DNA of 64,000 nt, taken from IMG/VR virus record IMGVR_UViG_3300022744_000003, positions 1 through 64,000 of that record; one strand, given 5' to 3'. Source of the DNA: a virus. Position 1 is the first letter of the stretch. Each line of letters begins with the position of its first letter. Made by a program: the position numbers and the translations under genes. Shown in pieces: positions 1 to 8,719 of the stretch. The notes under the pieces were generated by a model. The model saw only the letters and a list, made by a program, of their open reading frames with translations, searched no databases and was not told the DNA's origin.

Positions 1-1026
1 AAGGCCGGGAAGACCAAGGCGGCCGGGTGGGGGGACCTCGCGCTCGACGGCAAGGTCGGACGTCACAGCCCGGTAAACGTCCGTCGCATCCCGACGTTCC
101 CCAAGACCCGCGGCGCTGCGGTGGGTGCGGCTGTTGGCGGCGCGGCGTTCGGGGCGTACGGGGCCGGCGTCGGGGCGCTGCTCGAGCACAAGCCCAAGAA
201 GAAGGGCAAGAAGGTCTCCAAGGCCTTCTTCGAGGACGTCTCCAAGCTCGGGGAGTGGAAGACGATCGAGCAGCGCGAGCGCGCGCAGCGCGGGAACCGC
301 AAGGTCAAGAACAACGCGATCGCGCTGGGTGCCGGCGGTGCCCTGGCGGTCGGCGGAACGACCGAGCTGATGCGCCCCGGTGCCACAGAGAAGCTCATCC
401 GTGGAGCGCGTGGCATCGCCCGCCAGGACAAGAACCTCCGCAGCCTCAACCACGCGGCCAAGGGTGCGATCGTCGACTTCCCCAAGCACGACCGCGCGAA
501 GTACGCGCTCCGCTCGGCCAAGGCCCTCCCCGGCCCCGCGAAGGTCGTCGGCGGGGCCGCGCTCGCAGGAGGTGCCGCCCTCGGCGTGGCCGGCGGCGCT
601 CGAGGCATGGAGGCCTACCACCAGAAGAAGATCAACCAGCGGCGCCGGGCGAACAAGGCCCGGGGCGTCTCCAAGGCCTTCTCCGAGCCGGTCGAGAAGT
701 TCAACCCCGTCCGCGCGGCCAACCTCTCGGTCGGCGTCGGCCGGATGATGGGCGCCAAGGCTCTGACCGGCACGTCCAGCATGGGGCAGAAGGCCCGTGC
801 GGGCGGTCTCGCCCTCAAGCGTCAGGCGCGCGGAGCGGTCGCGAACACCCCGACCCCGTTCAAGCCGCCGTCGCCGCTCAAGGTCGGCGCGCAGGCCAAG
901 GCGGGCGGGGCCGCGGCCTCGGCGGGCAAGTTCGTCCAGCAGAACCCCGGCAAGGCCCTGGGCCTGGCGGGCGGGACGATCGGCGTCGGCGGCACCGCCG
1001 GCGTGGTGGGAGCCAAGAGGAAGTGA
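1..1026 (+). CDS. basic Gly/Ala-rich protein, 5' partial (frame open to window edge), SKAF/ISK-motif family
   Basis: Frame 1 has no stop from nt 1. Matches ORF 121..1026 with high GC3. Gly-zipper stretches, KKKGKK and two VSKAF motifs. Stop overlaps the next start as GTGA. Confidence 0.6.
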   Translation, partial: KAGKTKAAGWGDLALDGKVGRHSPVNVRRIPTFPKTRGAAVGAAVGGAAFGAYGAGVGALLEHKPKKKGKKVSKAFFEDVSKLGEWKTIEQRERAQRGNRKVKNNAIALGAGGALAVGGTTELMRPGATEKLIRGARGIARQDKNLRSLNHAAKGAIVDFPKHDRAKYALRSAKALPGPAKVVGGAALAGGAALGVAGGARGMEAYHQKKINQRRRANKARGVSKAFSEPVEKFNPVRAANLSVGVGRMMGAKALTGTSSMGQKARAGGLALKRQARGAVANTPTPFKPPSPLKVGAQAKAGGAAASAGKFVQQNPGKALGLAGGTIGVGGTAGVVGAKRK

Positions 1027-2021
1027 TCTCCAAGCGCCGCCTCTCCGACACCGAGCTCGCTCACCGCAAGCGGGTCCAGGCCGGGACGTCCATGGCGGGA
1101 AGCGCAGCGGGCCTGACCTCGCTCGGCCTGCTCGGTGGTTCGGTCGTCGCACGGAAGAAGGGGCTCAAGGTGGCACCCAAGCTGAAGAACGCCTCGACCA
1201 ACGCCGCGATCACCGGCGCCGGCATCGGCGGCCTGAGCGGGTTCAACTTCGCCTCGATCCAGAACGAGGAGTCCAAGCGCCGCCAGCCGGTCTCCAAGAT
1301 GGGCGAGAAGATCGCCGCGCGGTACACCGCGACGATGCTGCACGGCGCGAAGCAGATGGAGCGCGGCAAGCACGCCAAGGGGTACAAGCTGCGCAAGATC
1401 GGTGCGGACGTCACCCGGTCGCTGGCCACCGACGCCACTCCGATCGCGCACGGTTTCTCCCGCGCCGCCAGCTCCTTGGCCAAGGCGTACGACCCGGAGA
1501 AGCGCCGCGAGCAGCGCGCCAAGGGCTACACCGCAGGCCTGGCCGCCGGGTCCGCCGGCGCCGCCGGGGCGAGCGGCGTGCTCGCGCTGCGCGCGGTGAA
1601 GAACCCCGCGGCCAAGGAGGCGGCCAACCTCAAGCGCAGCGAGGCCGCCTTCCGCGCGCAGGGCGACGCCCAGGCCGCGCTCGCGCCCAAGGTCGAGCGC
1701 CAGGGCAAGGCCGCCCAGACGTACGTCCCGAACATGCCGGCGAGGAACCGCGGCGGCCAGGCGTCCAAGGCCAAGGCCGAGATCGCCCAGGGCGAGAAGC
1801 TGGCGCAGGCCGCGGCCCGCAGCCGCAACGCGGCCGAGGGGGCCAAGTCGCTCGGCGAGGCGGCGACCCGCCGGTCCAAGGTGCTGCGCGGCGTCGGGCT
1901 CAAGCGCGCAGGCATCGCCGCGGGCGCATCGGTGGCCCTCGCGGGCGCCTCCGCAGCCAACGAGCACCACCGCAAGCGGGGCGGGAAGACGTACAACGGC
2001 TGGTGGGAGCACCGGTACTAG
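1023..2021 (+). CDS. basic Ala/Gly/Lys-rich protein (332 aa), unknown function, virion module
   Basis: Sensible C-terminal two-thirds of ORF 27..2021. GTG 1023 overlaps the upstream TGA. N-terminus is VISKRRLS. The Arg-rich upstream part of the long ORF looks off-frame. Confidence 0.6.
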   Translation: MISKRRLSDTELAHRKRVQAGTSMAGSAAGLTSLGLLGGSVVARKKGLKVAPKLKNASTNAAITGAGIGGLSGFNFASIQNEESKRRQPVSKMGEKIAARYTATMLHGAKQMERGKHAKGYKLRKIGADVTRSLATDATPIAHGFSRAASSLAKAYDPEKRREQRAKGYTAGLAAGSAGAAGASGVLALRAVKNPAAKEAANLKRSEAAFRAQGDAQAALAPKVERQGKAAQTYVPNMPARNRGGQASKAKAEIAQGEKLAQAAARSRNAAEGAKSLGEAATRRSKVLRGVGLKRAGIAAGASVALAGASAANEHHRKRGGKTYNGWWEHRY

Positions 2022-2100
2022 ATGCGAATTCGGGGCTGACTTCGCATCAAAGAGCCCGTTGCGCCTCCCCCCACGATGGAGGGAAGGAGGCGATGCAGAC

Positions 2101-2895
2101 ATGGCACGTCGGGTGAGCCGGCTGATCGGCATGGAGATCGACGAGATCTCCCTGGTGGACACGCCCGCAGCTCCCGGCGCCCGGGTCGTCATCGCCAAGC
2201 GGGCTACCGAGGAGGACCACATGCCCGAGATCTTCGACAAGGACGGGAACCCGGTCGACCCGGAGACCCTGGAGCTCGGTCAGCAGGTGTTCACCGCCGA
2301 CGGTCAGGCCTACGAGGTCGTGGTCGACGACGGCGAGGACCTGGACGAGGAGGACTACGACGAGGACGCGACCGACCTCTCGGAGGACCTCGAGCTCGTC
2401 GGCAAGGCCTTCACGGACGAGCTCCGCACGTCGCTCTCCAAGGCCGTCACCGACATCGAGCGCGACGAGGTCGTGAGCAAGGCCCTGGGCCGCGCCGCCC
2501 AGGCCGAGGCCCGCGCCGAGCGCGCCGAGGCGATCGCCAAGAGCGAGCAGACCATCCGCCTCGAGCGCGAGTACGTCGAGGTGGCCAAGCGCTACAACAT
2601 CCCGGCCGCCCCGGGCGTCCTGGGCCCGGTGCTCATGCGCATGGCCGAGACCATGTCGGACGCGGACTGCTCCGTCATCCACAAGGCTCTCTCGACTGCG
2701 GGCTCCGCCCTCTTCGACGAGATCGGCCTGATCGGCGGGGGCGACAACAGCGACCCGTTCGCGCAGGTCGAGGCGGCCATCGAGGCCCAGGTCTCGAAGA
2801 GCGGCCAGACCATCAGCAAGGCCGAGGCGACCGAGGCGTACTTCCTCGAGCACCCCGAGGCCTACGACGCCTACCTGCGTGAGCAGAAGGTCTGA
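2101..2895 (+). CDS. capsid scaffolding protein (vestigial prohead-protease-like EISLVDTPA motif at N-terminus)
   Basis: AAGGAGG lies 10 nt upstream of ATG 2101. Contains MEIDEISLVDTPAAPGA, then an acidic and coiled-coil rich body. Sits directly upstream of the decoration and capsid genes. Confidence 0.6.
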   Translation: MARRVSRLIGMEIDEISLVDTPAAPGARVVIAKRATEEDHMPEIFDKDGNPVDPETLELGQQVFTADGQAYEVVVDDGEDLDEEDYDEDATDLSEDLELVGKAFTDELRTSLSKAVTDIERDEVVSKALGRAAQAEARAERAEAIAKSEQTIRLEREYVEVAKRYNIPAAPGVLGPVLMRMAETMSDADCSVIHKALSTAGSALFDEIGLIGGGDNSDPFAQVEAAIEAQVSKSGQTISKAEATEAYFLEHPEAYDAYLREQKV

Positions 2896-2906
2896 GGAGG
2901 GACACC

Positions 2907-3332
2907 ATGGCGTACGAGGAGAGCCTCCGCTCGATCACGCTGAAGGCCGACAGCAACCTGGCGGTCTACACCGGCGTGGCGGGTATGCCGGGAGCCCCTG
3001 CGGCTCACGGCGGCAAGCAGTACCGCTTCGTGAAGGTCACGGGCGTCGGCACCGCCGGCCCCGCGGACACCACGGCCAACGAGGTCGTCATCGGCGTCCT
3101 CCAGAACAAGCCGCAGTACGTGAACCAGCCGGCCACCATCGGCATCAGCGGGGTCACCCTCGTCGAGGCCGGTGGCGCGATCACCGCGGGCAACGCCCTC
3201 AAGGTGAACGCCTCGGGCCAGGCGGTGGCAGCCACGCTGCCGGCCGACGCCGCGCTCGTCGTCGGCGTTGCCCTGTCCACCGTCACCACGGCCACGCACC
3301 TGGTGACCGCGCTGCTCCGCGTCAAGGGCTGA
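2907..3332 (+). CDS. head decoration protein (DUF2190-like)
   Basis: GAGGAGGG RBS. 141 aa with a Gly/Ala/Val-rich beta pattern (GISGVTLVEAGGAITAGNALKV) typical of DUF2190 proteins. Located just before the major capsid gene. Confidence 0.65.
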   Translation: MAYEESLRSITLKADSNLAVYTGVAGMPGAPAAHGGKQYRFVKVTGVGTAGPADTTANEVVIGVLQNKPQYVNQPATIGISGVTLVEAGGAITAGNALKVNASGQAVAATLPADAALVVGVALSTVTTATHLVTALLRVKG

Positions 3333-3345
3333 GGAGGGACCTGAC

Positions 3346-4350
3346 ATGCCGAACCCCGTTCAGTCCGACCTGCACGTCAACCAGCCGCTCACGAACGTCT
3401 CGGTCGCGTACGTCCCGAAGAAGACGGACTACATCGCGGACAAGATCTTCCCGATCGTGCCGGTCGAGAAGCAGTCGGACCTGTACCACAAGTACACCAA
3501 GTCCGACTGGCGTCGCACGGACGCGCAGAAGCGCGCGCCCGGCACCGAGGTCGCGCGGACCGGCTACAAGACCACGACCGACACGTACTACGCGTCCGTC
3601 ACGGCTGTGGCCAAGGCCATCGACGACCAGACCCGCGCCAACGCGGACTCGAACTTCAAGCTCGAGTCCGAGGCGACGCAGTTCGTCACCAACCAGCTCC
3701 TGCTCGCTCGCGAGATCGAGTTCGTCTCGACCTTCCTCTCGAGCAGCTCGGGCTGGCTGACGACCTACACCGGCGTCGCGGCGGCCCCGACGACCAACCA
3801 GTTCCTGCAGTGGAACGACGCCGCGTCGGACCCGCTGTCGGACATCGCCGACTGGAAGCTCGCCTTCCGCCAGCTCAACGGCTTCGACGCCAACACGCTG
3901 GTCCTCGGCCCGGTGGTCCGCAAGGTCCTGAAGAACCACCCGGACATCATCGACCGCATCAAGTTCACCCAGAAGGGCATCCTCACCGATGACCTCCTGG
4001 CTGCGCTGCTCGACGTCGACCGGGTCTTCACGATGTACGCGACCCAGGCGTCCGGCCCGCAGATCAACGACCCGGAGGACCAGGACGCTGCGGCGACCTA
4101 CGCCTTCGTCGCTGACGGCGCGGGCAAGACCTGCTGGTTCGGGTACGTCAACCCGACCCCCTCGCTCATGCAGCCGACCGCGGGCTACACCTTCACCTGG
4201 AAGGGGTACGCCGGCAACGACCAGGGCCTGCGCATCAAGCGCTGGCGCGACGAGCGCGTGGAGTCGGAAATCATCGAGGGCGGCATGGCGTACGCCATGA
4301 AGCAGGTCGCGACCGACATGGGCGTCTACATCGCCTCGGCGGTCGCCTGA
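3346..4350 (+). CDS. major capsid protein (lambda gpE-like family)
   Basis: GAGGAGGG RBS. 334 aa. The N-terminus (LTNVSVAYVPKKTDYIADKIFPIVPVEKQSDLYHKY) resembles the Phage_cap_E consensus. Followed by a hairpin terminator. Confidence 0.8.
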   Translation: MPNPVQSDLHVNQPLTNVSVAYVPKKTDYIADKIFPIVPVEKQSDLYHKYTKSDWRRTDAQKRAPGTEVARTGYKTTTDTYYASVTAVAKAIDDQTRANADSNFKLESEATQFVTNQLLLAREIEFVSTFLSSSSGWLTTYTGVAAAPTTNQFLQWNDAASDPLSDIADWKLAFRQLNGFDANTLVLGPVVRKVLKNHPDIIDRIKFTQKGILTDDLLAALLDVDRVFTMYATQASGPQINDPEDQDAAATYAFVADGAGKTCWFGYVNPTPSLMQPTAGYTFTWKGYAGNDQGLRIKRWRDERVESEIIEGGMAYAMKQVATDMGVYIASAVA

Positions 4351-4360
4351 CGTAGGAGCT

Positions 4361-4394
4361 GGGGCCCGTTCCTGAGGCGGGCCCCGGCTTCTCT
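4361..4394 (+). terminator. hairpin terminator after capsid gene
   Basis: GGGGCCCG (4361..4368) pairs with CGGGCCCC (4378..4385). Followed by GGCTTCTCT. Confidence 0.5.
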
Positions 4395-4415
4395 CCCGAA
4401 GGAGGAGGAAGCTTC

Positions 4416-4718
4416 ATGGCGACTCTCGGATTCCGCAAGGGCCCGGCCCGCGGCGGCGCGCACATGCGCGGCACCGTCGCGATCGACCCTGCTTCCATCG
4501 CGGCCGGCGCGTCCGGCACGACCACCGTCACCCTGGCGGGGCTCAAGTCCACCGACATCCTCGTGCTCGAGCCCCCGGCCGCGCTCGAGGCGGGCCTGTA
4601 CCCCAAGGGCGTCATCGCGGGCAACGGCTCGTTCCAGCTCATCCTGGGCAACCCCACGGCCGGCGCCGTGGACGGGACCAGCCGCACCTGGACCTACAAG
4701 GTCTACCGGCTCGTCTGA
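4416..4718 (+). CDS. small beta-rich virion-module protein, unknown
   Basis: GGAGGAGGAAG RBS. 100 aa ORF with high GC3. Confidence 0.6.
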   Translation: MATLGFRKGPARGGAHMRGTVAIDPASIAAGASGTTTVTLAGLKSTDILVLEPPAALEAGLYPKGVIAGNGSFQLILGNPTAGAVDGTSRTWTYKVYRLV

Positions 4719-4728
4719 TCGGGCTTGT

Positions 4729-4765
4729 GGGGCCGGAGATGCTGTAACCGGGCATCCCCGGCCCC
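4729..4765 (+). terminator. nested hairpin (terminator-like)
   Basis: GGGGCCGG (4729..4736) pairs with CCGGCCCC (4758..4765). Contains an inner GATGC/GCATC stem. TTCCC follows. Confidence 0.4.
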
Positions 4766-4782
4766 TTCCCATAGGAGGACCC

Positions 4783-5106
4783 ATGTACGTCGCTCGCCGC
4801 CCCCGCACCATCCTCGGCGTGGCCTACGCCCCCGGTGACGTGATCCCGGACGAGGTCTTCGACGCGCTCCCGCGCGGCTCGGCCCTGATCCGCTCCGGCC
4901 TGGTCGACTACAAGGGTGACAAGAACTACGACCCGACCAGCGTCCGCGCCTCGCGCGCGGCCCGCGCGGCGAAGATCGAGGCTGCCAAGGCCAAGGTCGT
5001 CGAGCCCGCGCCGCCGGTCGCGAAGAAGCCGACGACCAAGGCGGCGGCCAAGAAGGCGGCGCCCAAGCCCAAGACTCTCGTCCCGGCGAAGAAGGTGGCC
5101 TCGTGA
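4783..5106 (+). CDS. protein with histone-H1-like Ala/Lys/Pro C-terminal tail
   Basis: TAGGAGG RBS. 107 aa. C-terminus is AAKIEAAKAKVVEPAPPVAKKPTTKAAAKKAAPKPK. Confidence 0.6.
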   Translation: MYVARRPRTILGVAYAPGDVIPDEVFDALPRGSALIRSGLVDYKGDKNYDPTSVRASRAARAAKIEAAKAKVVEPAPPVAKKPTTKAAAKKAAPKPKTLVPAKKVAS

Positions 5107-5252
5107 ACCCGTTCGGCGTCCAGCACACGCCCATCTCCAAGGGCTCGCCCAAGCTCGGCCTGCGTCTGATCGAGACGTACGGCAAGAAGCCGACCAAGAC
5201 CGTCAGCCAGGTCAAGGCGTCCATGGGTGGGAAGACGAAGAAGGCGTCGTGA
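5103..5252 (+). CDS. small basic protein (49 aa), FGVxH N-terminal motif family
   Basis: GTG overlaps the upstream TGA (GTGA). Translates as VNPFGVQHTPISKGSPKLG...KTKKAS. Too short for the ORF track. High GC3. Confidence 0.5.
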   Translation: MNPFGVQHTPISKGSPKLGLRLIETYGKKPTKTVSQVKASMGGKTKKAS

Positions 5253-5659
5253 TCTCGGCCTTCGGGGTCGAGCACGGAGAGGTCTCCAAGCTCCAGGACC
5301 CCAAGCGCAGGACGGTGCCGGACTGGCTCTCGCCGGTCCTGCCGGCCTCGACCGTGCGCGCGTACGACAAGTCGAAGAAGAACAAGCTCGAGGCGGCTGC
5401 AGGGAACCTCGGCGCCAAGACCATCGGCGGCGCAGCCGGCGCAGCGCTCGGGCTGGGCGCGGCCACCATCGCAGGGAAGAAGATCAAGGTCCTGCGCGAA
5501 GGGGTGAAGGTGGCCGGGCACTCCGTCGACGCCAAGACCCTGCGGGGCTGGACCCAGGCCACCGCATCCTCGGGCGCGGGCGGTGCAACCGGAGGAGTCC
5601 TGGGCGGCGCTCACCTGAGCCGCGTCAAGGAAGACAAGAAGCGCTACGACTACCAGTGA
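5249..5659 (+). CDS. basic Gly/Ala-rich protein (136 aa), SAFGVxH N-terminal motif family
   Basis: GTGA overlap start. Begins VISAFGVEHGEVSKLQDPK. Has a Gly-zipper GGAAGAALGLGAATIAG. Corresponds to the tail of ORF 4916..5659. Confidence 0.6.
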   Translation: MISAFGVEHGEVSKLQDPKRRTVPDWLSPVLPASTVRAYDKSKKNKLEAAAGNLGAKTIGGAAGAALGLGAATIAGKKIKVLREGVKVAGHSVDAKTLRGWTQATASSGAGGATGGVLGGAHLSRVKEDKKRYDYQ

Positions 5660-5705
5660 AGGTTGCTGGCACCCCTAGCCTGACAGTAGGACCACAGGAG
5701 GACAC

Positions 5706-6623
5706 ATGGACGGCAACGTCGGCATGAGCGGCGAGCTCGGCATTCAGCAGGTGGCGTTCGGCGCGCGCGGGCGTACCCCGCACCGCATCCGCCAGATCCG
5801 CACGCCCTTCGGCCGTGTCATGTTCTCCCGCGACCGCGGCGACAGCGTGATGCGCGGCCGCGAGCACTTCGCGACCAACCTGTGCGCGGTGCACCGCGAC
5901 GGCGACGGGCGCATCAAGGACGAGATCGACCTGGGCTCCGGCCTGGTGACCAACGTCGGCGTGCTCGCCATGGCCAACGACTGGGCCTGGCCGACCTCGG
6001 CCGCGACCATCGCGCTGAACACCCTGCGCGTGGCGAACTTCCACGCCACCGGCACCGGCGCCACCGCCGCGGCCGCCACCGACATCAAGCTGCAGACGCC
6101 CTCGACCCAGGGCGGCCAGACGGTCGTCACCGGCACCCAGTCGCTCGTCTCGGCCGCCAACAGCCAGAGCTACCGCACGGTCGCCACGATCTCCTACACC
6201 GGCACCGAGGCCGTGACCGAGTGGGGCCTGTTCACCACGCTCGGCGCGATCGGCGGCACGGCCCTGTCGAGCGCCACCGGCTCGCCGTTCACCGCGGGCT
6301 CTGCGACCACCGGCACCGTGACGGCCACCCCGCTCACCGCGTCCGGCAACGGCACCCAGGGCCAGACCCTGACGATCGTCGAGAACACCGGAAACGCGAC
6401 CCCGCACTGGGGCCTCATCACCTCGAACACGACCTCCGTGGTCACCGTGCCGGCCTGGTACAAGGTCTCGGACGGCACCGCGGCCGGCACCACCCCGGCG
6501 AACACGAACACCCTGGTGTTCCGCCCGGTGATGTGGGACCACAAGGTCTTCTCCGCGATCAACGTCGTCAACGGCGACTCGATCCAGTTCACCTACACGC
6601 TGCTGGTCAACTCCGGCGGCTGA
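5706..6623 (+). CDS. fibre/receptor-binding-like structural protein
   Basis: AGGAGG RBS. 305 aa, Thr/Gly/Ala-rich. The pattern GLVTNVGVLAMANDW...ATGTGATAAAATD...TEWGLFTT recalls the small fibre-module fold seen at 55208, 55645 and 62355. Confidence 0.6.
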   Translation: MDGNVGMSGELGIQQVAFGARGRTPHRIRQIRTPFGRVMFSRDRGDSVMRGREHFATNLCAVHRDGDGRIKDEIDLGSGLVTNVGVLAMANDWAWPTSAATIALNTLRVANFHATGTGATAAAATDIKLQTPSTQGGQTVVTGTQSLVSAANSQSYRTVATISYTGTEAVTEWGLFTTLGAIGGTALSSATGSPFTAGSATTGTVTATPLTASGNGTQGQTLTIVENTGNATPHWGLITSNTTSVVTVPAWYKVSDGTAAGTTPANTNTLVFRPVMWDHKVFSAINVVNGDSIQFTYTLLVNSGG

Positions 6624-6635
6624 TCGGAGCCTGGC

Positions 6636-7571
6636 ATGACGTTCGCCAGCGACGGCAAGCCCCACACCGACGCCCTCGACGCGTTCCTGGCGGCTGCGGA
6701 CTCCACCGTGGCTGCTAAGGACGCCGAGATCGCCGCGCTCAAGGCCAGGATCGCCGAGCTCACCACGCCCCCGCCGGTGGTCGTCCCGCCCACGGGGCTG
6801 CTGCCGTACGCCCCGCCCGCGGGCTGGCAGAACTACCCGAAGATCACGGTGCCCTCCACCGGAGTCGTCTCCGTGCCGGCCGGGACCGACGCGCTGATCG
6901 TCTGCCCGTCGACCATCACTGTGCCGGTCACCATCAAGGGCGGCCGCAACCGGGTGGTGTGGGACCTGCGCCTGGGCGGGCGCACCGCGGTGCCGTCCGG
7001 GTCGTACGACTCGACCAACCGCGGCATCCGCCTGTCCGACGGCGACGACGCGGGCATCGACCACCTCGAGGGGATCTACGGCCTGCCCGGCACGTACTTC
7101 TCGGACTTCATCCAGATCGCGATCCGGACCAACAACCGGCGCGTGGTGCAGATCCAGAACGCGCGCAACGACGGCACCACCTACGGAACCTCCGGCACGG
7201 TGCACGCCGACGTCATCCAGTGCTGGGGCGGCCCCTCGACCCTGCGGGTGCACAACCTCACCGCGAAGCGGATCGGCTACCAGGGCGCCTACATGGACGC
7301 CGGGGACGGGCGCACCCTGCCCGCGCAGCTGGACCCGTGGCGGTTCTCGAACATCAACTTCGTCGGCCTGTCCGGTGCGAAGTACCTGTTCGCCGACCGC
7401 CAGCCGGCCTTCACCCGCGCGACCGCGAGCGAGGTCTTGATCTCCGGCTCGCCGTACAACAACTCCGACTCCTTCGGCAACGCCCCGGCGGGGGTGAAGG
7501 TCGGCACCGTGGCGGACTTCGTGCCCGCCTCGCTGTTCGCTGGTCCGTACGTCTCGCCCGGCTACGTCTGA
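6636..7571 (+). CDS. tail-spike/fibre protein with coiled-coil neck and beta-helix-like C-terminal domain (putative depolymerase)
   Basis: 311 aa. Has an AKDAEIAALKARIAEL neck. The C-domain is paralogous to 56296..56976 (GGRNxVW...GGRTxVPSGSYDSxxRGIR...HADxIQxWGGP...YVSPGY). Confidence 0.65.
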   Translation: MTFASDGKPHTDALDAFLAAADSTVAAKDAEIAALKARIAELTTPPPVVVPPTGLLPYAPPAGWQNYPKITVPSTGVVSVPAGTDALIVCPSTITVPVTIKGGRNRVVWDLRLGGRTAVPSGSYDSTNRGIRLSDGDDAGIDHLEGIYGLPGTYFSDFIQIAIRTNNRRVVQIQNARNDGTTYGTSGTVHADVIQCWGGPSTLRVHNLTAKRIGYQGAYMDAGDGRTLPAQLDPWRFSNINFVGLSGAKYLFADRQPAFTRATASEVLISGSPYNNSDSFGNAPAGVKVGTVADFVPASLFAGPYVSPGYV

Positions 7572-7594
7572 TCCCGATCGCTGAGAGGTAGGCC

Positions 7595-8704
7595 GTGGCC
7601 GACGCAGACGTCACCATCACCGCAGGTACCGGGACCAAGATCGACACCCGGACCGTCGGCGCGGGAACGGACGAGCACCGTCAGGTGATGGTGATCGGCG
7701 ACCCGGTCACCGCGGCGAACGTCGCGTCGGTCACCGCCGCGGGCGAGCTCGAGGTCCGGGTCCCGAACACCATCGGCACCGGAACCATCACCGCGACCGA
7801 CGCCCTCGGTGGTACGCCCGCCCAGACCGGAACCCTGATCTCGACGGCTCCGACGGCATCGTCGTTCGTCGCCATGGCGCTCACGGGCGGCGAGTCCTCC
7901 GTCACCATCCAGGCCACCGGGACGTTCGGGTCGGGAAGCCTGTGGATCGAGGGGTCGCTGGACTCCACCAATGGCTCCGACGGCAACTGGTACCTGCTCC
8001 CGGTCCGCGCCATCGGCGATCTCTTCGCGCCCGGAACGGTCGGGAGCATCACCGCAGGCAGGGCGCTGAGGGTTCCCGGCGGTATGAACTACATTCGCGC
8101 TCGGCTCACGGGCGCCACCGCTCCGTCGGTGTCGATCAGGTTCAGCGCATCCGCCGGCACGCAGGCCGTGAGCCTGTCCGACTACTCCGCCGCGCCCTTC
8201 ATCACGAAGGGCTCGCAGGGCGCGTCGGGATACACCACCCAGGACCTCAAGGACGCCGGACGTACCTACGTCTCGTTCTGGGCCAACGCCGCAGCCGCTG
8301 GCGCGACCGGTGTCGAGACGGCGATCACGCTGACGCGATCCAATGCCACGTTCGGCGGCACTACCTCGACCGGCTCCTCGTTCACCCCGACCTCCGGCAA
8401 GCGGTTCCGCATCCAGCAGATCCTTGTCGGCAGCCGAGGCAACACCACGGCCACCGCGCAGATCACGACGTTCAACTTCCGTGTCAACACGGCGGGTGCG
8501 GTCACGACCACGTCGAACATCATCACCTCGACCGCGACCGCAACGCCGGCTACGGCTCTCGCATGGGACCGCGCGCAACTGATCATCCCGGACGGCCTGG
8601 AGTTCGCCGGAGACGGAACGCTCCAGTGGGGCATCACCGCCGCCGCCACGTTCACGACCAACGCACCGACCTGGTTCGTCAACGTCATCGGCTTCGAGTA
8701 CTGA
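7595..8704 (+). CDS. structural protein with two beta-sandwich-like halves, unknown
   Basis: GTG start after GAGAGGTAGG. 369 aa, Thr/Ala/Gly-rich. Ends WFVNVIGFEY. Confidence 0.6.
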   Translation: MADADVTITAGTGTKIDTRTVGAGTDEHRQVMVIGDPVTAANVASVTAAGELEVRVPNTIGTGTITATDALGGTPAQTGTLISTAPTASSFVAMALTGGESSVTIQATGTFGSGSLWIEGSLDSTNGSDGNWYLLPVRAIGDLFAPGTVGSITAGRALRVPGGMNYIRARLTGATAPSVSIRFSASAGTQAVSLSDYSAAPFITKGSQGASGYTTQDLKDAGRTYVSFWANAAAAGATGVETAITLTRSNATFGGTTSTGSSFTPTSGKRFRIQQILVGSRGNTTATAQITTFNFRVNTAGAVTTTSNIITSTATATPATALAWDRAQLIIPDGLEFAGDGTLQWGITAAATFTTNAPTWFVNVIGFEY

Positions 8705-8719
8705 TCCGGGAGGCCCTGC

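Noticed and set aside
822-2240. Long antisense and alternative-frame ORFs over the first two genes (822..2240 minus, 797..2116 plus, and the N-terminal part of 27..2021).
   Set aside because: The translations are Arg/Pro/Gly-rich, which is typical of off-frame reads in GC-rich DNA. The chosen frames have sensible composition, high GC3 and coupled start/stop overlaps.
6921-7571. A diversity-generating retroelement (template/variable repeat pair), suggested by the duplicated fibre domain at 6921..7571 and 56296..56976.
   Set aside because: The two copies are diverged along their whole length at the protein level rather than differing at adenine-specific sites. No reverse transcriptase gene is present in the window.
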